Below, in pieces: positions 17,178 to 24,459 of a stretch of 32,000 nucleotides of DNA. Position 1 is the first letter of the stretch, and each line of letters begins with the position of its first letter. The position numbers were made by a program, and so were the translations under genes. Source of the stretch: Sinorhizobium meliloti (GTDB taxonomy: Bacteria; Pseudomonadota; Alphaproteobacteria; Rhizobiales; Rhizobiaceae). Under the pieces are notes generated by a model. It worked only from the letters and a program-made list of their open reading frames with translations. It searched no databases and was not told the DNA's origin. Location of the stretch: assembly GCF_017876815.1 (NCBI RefSeq), contig NZ_JAGIOS010000002.1:1410001-1442000 (forward strand), written 5' to 3'.

Positions 17178-17837
17178 TTAGCTTTCCTTCATATTCTTGT
17201 CGTGCGCACGGATCGCGTCTTCGACATTCTCATAATAAGTCATCTTGCCTTTTTCCAGCACAACGCCGCAATCGCAATAGTCGCGAATCGTGCCAGTGCT
17301 GTGCGAGACCATGACCACGTCGGAATCCTGCAGCCTAGTCTCGAAGACAGCCTGACACTTTTTCTTAAAATTTGAGTCACCAACGGCGGTGATTTCGTCG
17401 ACCAGATAATAGTCGAAGTTGACGCCCATGCTCAAGCCGAAGGCGAGTCGCGCCTTCATGCCGGAGGAATAGGTGCCGACCGGCGCCTTGAAAAAGGGAC
17501 CCAGCTCGGCGAAATCCTCGACATATCCAGTCAGTTGCTCCGTATCGACGCCATAGATGCGGGCGACGAAACGCACATTCTGTTCCCCCGTCATCGAGCT
17601 CTGAAAACTGCCGGCAAAGCCGAGCGGCCAGGAAATCTTACCGCGGCGGATGATTCGTCCTTTGTCGAGCTTGATGGCGCCGGCGATCAGGCGCAGCAGC
17701 GTCGATTTTCCGGCGCCGTTGCGGCCGAGCAGGCCCACGCTCTTGCCGCGGTTGAGCGTCAGCGATGCGTCCTCGATGATCGGCTTCTTGATGCCCTTAG
17801 TGCGGGCGTATTTCGTCGCCTGCTCGAACCGGATCAT
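17178..17837 (-). CDS. kpsT: Capsule export ABC transporter ATP-binding protein KpsT/RkpS-like
   Basis: 219 aa. Walker A is GRNGAGKST, the ABC signature is YSSGMKARL and Walker B is YYLVDE. Its ATG overlaps the kpsM stop (ATGA, 17834-17837). Confidence 0.95.
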   Translation of the reverse strand: MIRFEQATKYARTKGIKKPIIEDASLTLNRGKSVGLLGRNGAGKSTLLRLIAGAIKLDKGRIIRRGKISWPLGFAGSFQSSMTGEQNVRFVARIYGVDTEQLTGYVEDFAELGPFFKAPVGTYSSGMKARLAFGLSMGVNFDYYLVDEITAVGDSNFKKKCQAVFETRLQDSDVVMVSHSTGTIRDYCDCGVVLEKGKMTYYENVEDAIRAHDKNMKES

Positions 17838-18613
17838 TCGTTTCTTAGCGTCTTTCTAGAAAGGGTGAAGACCAGCATTCCGGCAAACAATGTCAGAAAT
17901 GCGATTCCGTAGAGATACTCCATGTCGAGGCCGACCGCCCGATATTCCGGATAGAAACCCTGGCGGAAGCCCATGATGATGTGGACGAGCGGATTGATGA
18001 GCACGAGATCGCGATACGGCGCGGGGATCGAGTCGGGCAGGAAGAAGACGCCTGATATCAGGAACAGCGGCCGATTGACGATGCTGAAGACCTGCTCGTA
18101 AAGCGGATATTTGAGGAAGAGCACGCAATTGACCATGGCCACGCCGAGGCCGAAGAGGCAGGCGAGCCCGACCGCTTCGAGGATCGAGGGCCAGTGGATG
18201 TTCGTGTCGACCCGCATGGTGGCGACGATCGTGCCGAGCACAATCAAGGCGACCAGCGACGTCGTGCCCATCTGCAGGACGAAGCGGGCGACGATGGTGT
18301 CGATTGGCGCGACATTCGGATAGCTGAGCAGCGCCTTGTTGGCTTTGACCGCGGCGTTCAGGTAGCCCGTCATCGCCTGGTAGAACTGGAAGGCGATATA
18401 GCCGGTGGCGAAGAAAAGCGCGAAGCTAGTGCCGAGCGCCGGCGCGCGGGCGATCGCCTGGAAGATTACCGTCATCAGCAGTATGTGGGCCGCCGGATCG
18501 AGCAGCGCCCAGACATAGCCGCCGGGCTTTGAGCCGAAGCGCGTTGCCATTTCGCGAACCAGAAGGGCGCCGACAACCCGGAAATGGGTGGTGAGATAGC
18601 CCATGTCAGTCAC
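17834..18613 (-). CDS. kpsM: Capsule export ABC-2 permease KpsM/RkpT-like
   Basis: 259 aa multi-TM ABC-2 protein, paralogous to 8084..8860. The GTG start overlaps the kpsS-like stop (GTGA, 18610-18613). An ATG at 18604 is an alternative start. Confidence 0.9.
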   Translation of the reverse strand: MTDMGYLTTHFRVVGALLVREMATRFGSKPGGYVWALLDPAAHILLMTVIFQAIARAPALGTSFALFFATGYIAFQFYQAMTGYLNAAVKANKALLSYPNVAPIDTIVARFVLQMGTTSLVALIVLGTIVATMRVDTNIHWPSILEAVGLACLFGLGVAMVNCVLFLKYPLYEQVFSIVNRPLFLISGVFFLPDSIPAPYRDLVLINPLVHIIMGFRQGFYPEYRAVGLDMEYLYGIAFLTLFAGMLVFTLSRKTLRNE

Positions 18614-19908
18614 CCGAACGGATAAAGTATGCGGCCGATGATCCGGTACTTCCGGTCGGACAGGCCGCGGAAGAAACGGATCGGGTCGGCCCTGAAGTCT
18701 TCGACATCGCGGTCACTGCCTAGCTTCCGGATCACCGGCGTGACGAAGGCGGCCAGGAGATGGCGCCAGCCGAAGAGGCCGTAAGGACCCCAGGCGCGCC
18801 ATTGCGGCCGCGGTGGGCCAAGGCCCTGCGGCTCGTCGAGCTGTCTTCTGATCGCGGTCACGGTCGCTTCGAATGAGGTTTGCGCTCCCGTCTCGGGATC
18901 GAAGTAGCGAGGATAAAGCAGATAGGCGCCGGCGAAAAGCGCTTCGATGCTCAAGCGTCGCCCGCGGCGCGGGTTCGGCTGGCGGTCGTCGGTCAGGCCC
19001 CATCCGGCATAAAAGGGACAGCCGGCGGTCGTAACGGGGATGCCGCGAATGAGCGCCTCGAAGCCCGCGAGCGAGGTGATCGTATAGACGTGGTCGACGG
19101 TGCGCAGCGCCTCGGCGAGCGGCAGGCTCTCGGTCACCAGCTCGCAAAGATGCGCCACTCCGGCAGGGTCGGACCTTTCCGGGCGAGCGCGGCTCAGCAC
19201 GTCCGGATGCGGCTTGTAGAGGATCTGGGCGCCCGCTTGCTCGGAGGCCGCGAGTCGCACCAGGTCGTTGTTGGTCATGCGGCTGAGGCAGCCGTAGCGG
19301 ATCGAAGCATCGTCCTCCACCTGGCCGACGACCAGCACCCGCCTGCCCGTCTTCTCGCCGTAGACCTCCTCGGCGGTGCGCTGACGTGCGCCATTATATT
19401 TGCTGATGCCGCTTTCGATGAGAAGCGCGATGCCGGCGCGCGCACGCTCCATCAGTACCGCATCCGCTTCGAAGTCATAGGTCTTCAGCAGCACTTCGAG
19501 GTCGGAGGGATGGCGGCAGTCGAAATAAAGCGCCCTGCTGTCGAGCGCCAGGGAGAGGGGAGGCGTGCGGCTGGCGCTTGGCCGGGCCGAGCGAAGGAAA
19601 CCGTCCTCTATGAAGGTAACGGGAATGTTCCTCGCTTTTGCCAGTGCATCAAATCGCTCCGGCAGCTCCGGGCCCCAGGCGAGAAACTCGGCGTCCTTCT
19701 CGGCCAAGATTCGCGGCTTCCAGACACGCTCGAATTCGCGCTTGCCGACGTTCATCGGAAGGAAATGGAAGTTCCTGTCGGGAAAATATCGTTCGAAAAG
19801 CTCTCTCTTCCATCCGATGATCTGGACGGCAAAGGTCGTCACCGGCTCCGGTGTGGGAGCGGAGGACATATTGGCGAAGTCTTCCCTTTGTCGTCGCGTT
19901 ACCGCCAT
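18610..19908 (-). CDS. kpsS: Capsule polysaccharide biosynthesis protein, KpsS/KpsC (Capsule_synth) family, RkpZ-like
   Basis: 432 aa with a single-domain size like KpsS. Visible motifs include VLVVGQVEDDASI, ILYKPHPDV and VYTITSLAGFEALIRGIPVTTAGCPFYAGWGLT. It is the first gene of the kpsS-M-T-E operon. Confidence 0.75.
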   Translation of the reverse strand: MAVTRRQREDFANMSSAPTPEPVTTFAVQIIGWKRELFERYFPDRNFHFLPMNVGKREFERVWKPRILAEKDAEFLAWGPELPERFDALAKARNIPVTFIEDGFLRSARPSASRTPPLSLALDSRALYFDCRHPSDLEVLLKTYDFEADAVLMERARAGIALLIESGISKYNGARQRTAEEVYGEKTGRRVLVVGQVEDDASIRYGCLSRMTNNDLVRLAASEQAGAQILYKPHPDVLSRARPERSDPAGVAHLCELVTESLPLAEALRTVDHVYTITSLAGFEALIRGIPVTTAGCPFYAGWGLTDDRQPNPRRGRRLSIEALFAGAYLLYPRYFDPETGAQTSFEATVTAIRRQLDEPQGLGPPRPQWRAWGPYGLFGWRHLLAAFVTPVIRKLGSDRDVEDFRADPIRFFRGLSDRKYRIIGRILYPFG

Positions 19909-19996
19909 CGGCGCCTTGGATCCGAAAAAGTAAGACTGCTATCTACATGCCCTGCGGTCGATCCGCCAGTCTTAAGCGACTGCCGCTTGTCACAAA

Positions 19997-20464
19997 TTAT
20001 TCACCTCGGGCGGTCACGTGTTCAAGCTTTCCGGGCCGCTCCTTGCAAATCGCCCCGACAAGACGGTGCAGATGTTCCGTCCGCTCACGAAGCCACGCGA
20101 GCGCTTCTGCGGTGATCTCGAAATGCTTCGAGTAGCGCGCCTTCACATAGGCCTCGTTAAGGATATTGTACCAGGCCGTGAAGCGGTGCTGTTCACGAGG
20201 CCATGCCTCGATAAGCCGGCGATCCTGATCCTCGCCAGGCCGCGAAGAAACTTGAGGTTATGCGAAGGCGGGCTGTAGTTTGTGAGGGTCAGGAGAAGCG
20301 TCGAGTAGGCATGCTCATTAGCCTGATGTAGACTAAACGCTGCGAGGCGGCCCCACTCCGTAACGTCACCAATCTGTCCGGCTTGCCAAACCGCTGTGCG
20401 CAGCATCAGCTGGGCTTCGGGAAAACGACCTTCAAAATGCTCCTGGGCCAACCTGAGGGTATCA
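19997..20464 (-). pseudogene. HEPN half of a nucleotidyltransferase-HEPN fusion gene (separated from the NT half by IS66 and frameshifted)
   Basis: Track ORF 20143..20451 reads (L)AQEHFEGRFPEAQLMLRTAVWQ...FSLHQANEHAYSTLLLTLTNYSPPSHNLKFLRGLA and then turns to junk. A second frame continues EDQDRRLIEAWPREQHRFTAWYNILNEAYVKARYSKHFEITAEALAWLRERTEHLHRLVGAICKERPGKLEHVTARGE and ends at TAA 19999-19997. Confidence 0.75.
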
Positions 20465-20560
20465 GTATGCGACGTCCACGCCCCATTGATTTTTCAGTTG
20501 CGGCGATCTGAGGCCGATCCTCGGCGGTCAAATGAGCTCACCGAAGAGTACCTGACGAGC

Positions 20561-22213
20561 TCATTGTGAGGCCGTGATGCGGGCGGCATAGGCCCATGGC
20601 ATCAGGGCATCGATGTCTTTGGCGAGGTGGCCGTTTGCGAGGCGGGTGAAGAGATCGCACAGATAGGCGTAGGGCTCAACGCCGTTCATTTTACAAGTGC
20701 CGATCAGGCTGGCAAACCGGGCCCAATTGCGGCCCCCTTCATCGTGCCCCGCAAAGAGCGCATTGCGGCGGTTCATGGCCGGTCGGCGGATCGCGTTTTC
20801 CACCAGGTTGGAGTCGATATCGACGTGGCCGTCGTCCAGGAACAGCCGGAACCCGTCCTGCCGCGTTAGCATATAGGCCAGGGCTTTTCCGAGGTCAGAC
20901 TTGCGTGAGACGCGCTTGGCTTGCGCTGCCAGCCAGGCGAAGAACGCGTCCACCAGCGGGAGGGAGAGGTCCTGTCGAACTGCCCGGCGATGTTCGGGAT
21001 CTGAGCCACGGATACTGTCTTCGATCTTGTAGAGCGCGGCGATCCGCACCAGCGCCTCGTCGACGATGGGCGATCCACTCTTTGGCGTGGCCTTGATCAG
21101 CTTTCTGCGCCCGTGCGCCCAACAGAAAGCCAGCCTCAAGGGATCGCCACCCACCCGGTCCGACGTGGCGAGGTGAGAGTAACCACCGTAGGCATCCACT
21201 TGGATTGTCCCGTTAAACCCGTCGAGGATTTCAGCGGCATATTCGCCTTTACGCCCAGGTCGATAATGGAACACCACGCCCGACGGCGCAGAGCCATTCC
21301 AGCCGCGATCGTCACGCAACACGGCCCATAGATAACCGGTCTTCGTCTTGCCTCGCCCCGGATCAAGCACCGGAGCCGTTGTCTCGTCGACATAAAGCCG
21401 CGTGCTTTCCCACAGCAGCCGTTTGGCCATATGGTCGACCACCGGCGCGATCGCAGCACCCGTCCTGCCCATCCAATCGGCCAGGACGGTGCGGTCTATC
21501 GGCACCCCGTGTCGCGCCATGACCTCGGCCTGCCGGTTGAGCGGCATATGTTCGGAATGCTTGGAGACGGCAATCTCAGCCAGAAGGGCTTCGGTCGGCC
21601 AGCTCCCTTCCAAGAGATGCGCCGGCGCTCTGGCCTGGACGACGCCCGTTCGACCCTTGGGGCAGGCGTATTTCGGGCGGATCGTGACGATCACCTCGTA
21701 GCGCGCCGGGACCCGGTCGAGCCGTTCCGTCCGGTCTTCGCCGATCCGGACCATGTTGCCGCAACCGCAGGGACAAACGATGCTCTCAGGCTCGATCACT
21801 CTCTCGACCCGCGGCAGGTGTTCGGGCAGTGCACGGGCCTTACGCTCCTTGCGAGGAACGGCCTTGTCCGGATCGGATGCGCTTGCTTCGATCTTTTTCT
21901 CGACGGCGGCGATCCGCGCCTGTGTTTCGGCAATCGCCGTTTCAAGGTCTTCCAGCGCCAGTTCCATCTGCGCCGGATCGAGCTTTTCCGATTTCGGCCC
22001 GAACTTCGTGCGCCGATAGTCGTGAACCTGCCCCTCAAGCTTCTCGATCAGTTCCTTCAACTCGGCGATGAACGCGTCCTTTTCGGCCACCACAGCCTGC
22101 TCATGCTGACGCGCAGCACGCTCGACCGACAGCTCGAACTGCATCGCCGCAAACGCCTTCACCACCTCTGGCGGAAGGTTCGGAAACAGGCTGAGATCAA
22201 GGGGTGACGACAT
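20561..22213 (-). CDS. tnpC: IS66-family transposase TnpC
   Basis: 550 aa. It has an N-terminal coiled coil, the zinc-finger motif CPCGCG, and the DDE region YVDETTAPVL...GYLWA...FHY. Confidence 0.95.
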   Translation of the reverse strand: MSSPLDLSLFPNLPPEVVKAFAAMQFELSVERAARQHEQAVVAEKDAFIAELKELIEKLEGQVHDYRRTKFGPKSEKLDPAQMELALEDLETAIAETQARIAAVEKKIEASASDPDKAVPRKERKARALPEHLPRVERVIEPESIVCPCGCGNMVRIGEDRTERLDRVPARYEVIVTIRPKYACPKGRTGVVQARAPAHLLEGSWPTEALLAEIAVSKHSEHMPLNRQAEVMARHGVPIDRTVLADWMGRTGAAIAPVVDHMAKRLLWESTRLYVDETTAPVLDPGRGKTKTGYLWAVLRDDRGWNGSAPSGVVFHYRPGRKGEYAAEILDGFNGTIQVDAYGGYSHLATSDRVGGDPLRLAFCWAHGRRKLIKATPKSGSPIVDEALVRIAALYKIEDSIRGSDPEHRRAVRQDLSLPLVDAFFAWLAAQAKRVSRKSDLGKALAYMLTRQDGFRLFLDDGHVDIDSNLVENAIRRPAMNRRNALFAGHDEGGRNWARFASLIGTCKMNGVEPYAYLCDLFTRLANGHLAKDIDALMPWAYAARITASQ

Positions 22214-22275
22214 GCGGCCTTATAGCAAGGCAGCACAAAAAAGCCAAACAAAACAATGCAAAGACGGCCGGATAC

Positions 22276-22629
22276 TCACCCTGCCGCCGACGGCGCCGTC
22301 ACCCGTTGCGCCATCACCCGTCGCCAATCAAGACCTTCGAACAAAGCTTCGTATTGCCCCCTGGAAAGACGCATCGTCCCATCCTGAACCTTGGGCCAGG
22401 CAAAGCTTCCATGTTCAAGAATTTTGTAGGTTAGCACCATGCCGGTGCCATCCCATACCAGGATTTTCAGACGATCACCGCGCTTCGACCGGAAGATCAC
22501 CGTCACCCCGGAATGCGGGTCGAGCTTCAACTCGGTCTGCATCATCAGAGCCAGCGCCTGATGCCCACAGCGGAAGTCCACCGGCCGCGTTGCAACCAGG
22601 ATCGGCAGTCGTTGGCCCGCGACGATCAT
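22276..22629 (-). CDS. tnpB: IS66 accessory protein TnpB (Orf2)
   Basis: 117 aa, reading PILVATRPVDFRCGHQALALMMQTELKLDPHSGVTVIFRSKRGDRLKILVWDGTGMVL. Its ATG overlaps the tnpA stop (ATGA). Confidence 0.95.
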   Translation of the reverse strand: MIVAGQRLPILVATRPVDFRCGHQALALMMQTELKLDPHSGVTVIFRSKRGDRLKILVWDGTGMVLTYKILEHGSFAWPKVQDGTMRLSRGQYEALFEGLDWRRVMAQRVTAPSAAG

Positions 22630-23069
22630 GCCGTCCCTCGAATGGCGCGCACCAGGGCCGCCACACGTTCAACCGATACATCGCCGGGAACCCGCAACAC
22701 AACGTCCGGGCCGATCTCCAACGTCAAGACCGACGAAACCGCCTCCGACAGCGGCGGCGCCAAAACACTCACAGCCTCGCTCGGCTCTGCCGCAATCGCC
22801 AAAGGCACAAATGCAGGCTCGGCATCGCCGCTCTCCGACAGGCCCGGCATAGCCTCAAACGGCAGCGCCAGAATGCCCTCGCGCGCTTGTCGGCGCCAGA
22901 AGGAAAGCTGGTGCGGAACAACGTCATGACGGCGCGCGACATCAACAACACGAACACCAGGCTCAAGGCTTTCCGCGACGATCCGCGCCTTCACAGCATC
23001 CGGCCAACGTCGGTTTCCGCGGCGCGGCTCGACAACTTCGTAGCGCCCAACAAATCCATCATCTGCCAT
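22626..23069 (-). CDS. tnpA: IS66 accessory protein TnpA (Orf1)
   Basis: The sequence reads MADDGFVGRYEVVEPRRGNRRWPDAVKARIVAESLEPGVRVVDVARRHDVVPHQLSFWRR. The track ORF starts 12 codons earlier at 23105. Confidence 0.9.
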   Translation of the reverse strand: MADDGFVGRYEVVEPRRGNRRWPDAVKARIVAESLEPGVRVVDVARRHDVVPHQLSFWRRQAREGILALPFEAMPGLSESGDAEPAFVPLAIAAEPSEAVSVLAPPLSEAVSSVLTLEIGPDVVLRVPGDVSVERVAALVRAIRGTA

Positions 23070-23158
23070 GCAAATCTCCAGATAGTCCTGGAAACCTTTT
23101 CGCACGCCCAGCCAGCCTCAAAATACAGCCTGTCCAATGGGGCGGAGACGGCGCTTAC

Positions 23159-23528
23159 GGGTATCAGAAGGAGACAATGGTTTCGGTTCGGCCAGCGGCC
23201 GATCGTCGAGCTCGTAAAGGATGACGCCCTCGCGCAGAATATCGATGAAAAAGTACTGTCCATCGGCCAGGTAGTTGTTCACCTCCCGGGCGCCGTGCGC
23301 GATCAGCCCCACCGGAGTTGAGACACCCTTGTCCCACAGCAGCCGATCGGTCGCCTTTTCCCAATACTGCGGTTCGGCCAGTTTCTTCGAACTGACGATT
23401 ACAAGGATGTCGTAGTCCGAGCGGTAGCCCTTCATCGTGTGCGGCTCGTCAACCCAATTGCCGCGGGCGTAGGAACCAAATAGAATGACTTTCAGTATCC
23501 GCCCGCGCTTCTTGAAGGCAGCAGAACG
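23159..23528 (-). pseudogene. Nucleotidyltransferase (MNT / Pol-beta-fold) half of the NT-HEPN fusion gene, lacking its own N-terminus
   Basis: The frame of track ORF 23118..23435 extends upstream to an in-frame TGA at 23531-23529. It reads SAAFKKRGRILKVILFGSYARGNWVDEPHTMKGYRSDYDILVIV, which contains the hG[GS]...D.D minimal nucleotidyltransferase motif. The last 13 codons of the track ORF (RKRRLRPIGQAVF) are IS66 terminal sequence. Confidence 0.8.
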
Positions 23529-23776
23529 TCAACAGCCGTTCACTTATACTGTTCTTGCCGATGCGATTCACTTCCTCATTGTCTTGCAACCCCTCGGGGT
23601 GGCGGGACTTCAAATCTTTCCAGGTGTAGGTTCCAGCGACTGTTGATCCGCCCCCCCGCATCAGCGGTAATAAACTATTTATATCCATCTTGCGACCAAT
23701 AGTTTTACGTTTGATAATATAGTTCCTATCAATTCCAACAGTAGACGGCGAATCGTCTTAACCCTATCGGTTGGAT

Positions 23777-23872
23777 ATGAGATCGAGCCTCGAACATCTC
23801 CCGGAGAGGAAGCAGCGCGAGCTTGCCCGCGTGGTCGAGATCATACACGAGGAGTTTGCCGACGCACTCGAG
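23777..23872 (+). pseudogene. Displaced and inverted N-terminal 32 codons of an NT-HEPN-type gene
   Basis: An ATG at 23777 opens MRSSLEHLPERKQRELARVVEIIHEEFADALE, after which the frame ends 10 codons later (TGA 23900-23902). High-GC third positions and a helical N-terminus are what is expected upstream of ...FKKRGRIL.ILFGSYARG. The orientation is opposite to the rest of the gene. Confidence 0.45.
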
Positions 23873-24389
23873 GTCTGTTTGCATCGCCCGTTGCTCGTTT
23901 GATCATCGATCCATGCGGCGATGTTTCGCCCGAGGCTCACAAACGTGCGGGAGAGCGTATGGCTTGTGCTGGGCCGCCGACCCGCGGTGCAATGCATACC
24001 ATTGCCTCCTCGATTTCATGAGAGATTACAGGCTACGGCGCAGCGGTTTATCTCGCGGCTGGGCCAGGTCGGCGCAGTGAAGCGGCTGACGCCTACCTGG
24101 GATTGCCCATGGAATGGCAATGACCTTCGATGAACGGCACGCAAATAATGATTCCAGGCTTTCCGCTGCCATTCGCGAGGCGATCGAGAAAATCCGCTCG
24201 TCCGTGGTGATCGCGCGCGTGGCGGCTGGAGCGTGGCGACATCAATGGCGCGTCTAGGCCATGCAGATCGAACCGGAGGCATTCTCCGCGCCTAAGAAAG
24301 AAAGGGTCATGACGCGGTGTTCCTTGGAAAATTAATCGTTTGTCACATTCCTGTCGGAGTATTGCTGCAGGGACTGCAATCGGAATCGG

Positions 24390-24417
24390 TTGACAACCGA
24401 AAGTAGATTAGTAGTTT
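24390..24417 (+). promoter_or_regulatory. Candidate sigma70-type promoter for the second transferase pair
   Basis: TTGACA (24390-24395), a 16-nt spacer and TAGTTT (24412-24417) lie about 45 nt upstream of the ATG at 24460 (AGGA 6 nt before it). This is motif evidence only. Confidence 0.25.
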
Positions 24418-24459
24418 GCGCCGCAATTGCCTTCCCAAGGCGTTTCCACAGGACATCCG

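Larger units (their letters stand above)
20465..23158 (-). mobile_element. Complete IS66-family insertion sequence (2694 bp) with an 8-bp target-site duplication
   Basis: The left terminal IR is GTATGCGACGTCCACGCCCCATTG (20465-). The right end, read on the reverse strand, is GTAAGCGCCGTCTCCGCCCCATTG (23158-). They match at 20 of 24 positions and begin with the GTAAGCG-type IS66 terminus. The direct repeat GGGTATCA lies at 20457-20464 and 23159-23166. It carries the tnpA-tnpB-tnpC triad. Confidence 0.92.

Noticed and set aside
19899-19906. ops/JUMPstart-like GGCGGTAA on the minus strand at the head of the kpsS operon
   Set aside because: It differs from the GGCGGTAG consensus in the last base. 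It also lies inside the first codons of kpsS (ATG GCG GTA ACG), so it is explained by coding sequence.
3184-23321. Long shadow ORFs opposite or out of frame with confident genes (3184..3960 +, 4430..5098 +, 4614..5195 -, 6230..6760 -, 6991..7821 -, 8363..8935 -, 16134..17375 +, 18880..20115 +, 21431..22207 +, 22212..23321 +)
   Set aside because: Each overlaps a gene with clear family motifs. Their own sequences are Arg/Pro/Gly-rich with no recognisable domains, as expected in high-GC coding regions.
23449-24282. Track ORFs 23449..23688 -, 23764..23997 -, 23823..24080 +, 23921..24133 + and 24016..24282 -, plus a 47-aa + strand ORF (24114-24257, MAMTFDERHANNDSRLSAAIREAIEKIRSS...)
   Set aside because: None shows a recognisable motif. 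Several span the apparent rearrangement junctions of the NT-HEPN gene. Only the small 24114 ORF has decent GC3, but it is too short and unsupported to call.
24255-24295. tRNA-like T-arm string (GGTTCGATC on the minus strand, 24275-24267), considered as a possible tRNA gene or att-site remnant near the island junction
   Set aside because: The flanking bases cannot form a 5-bp T-stem or a 7-bp acceptor stem. No anticodon arm or CCA context could be folded by eye.
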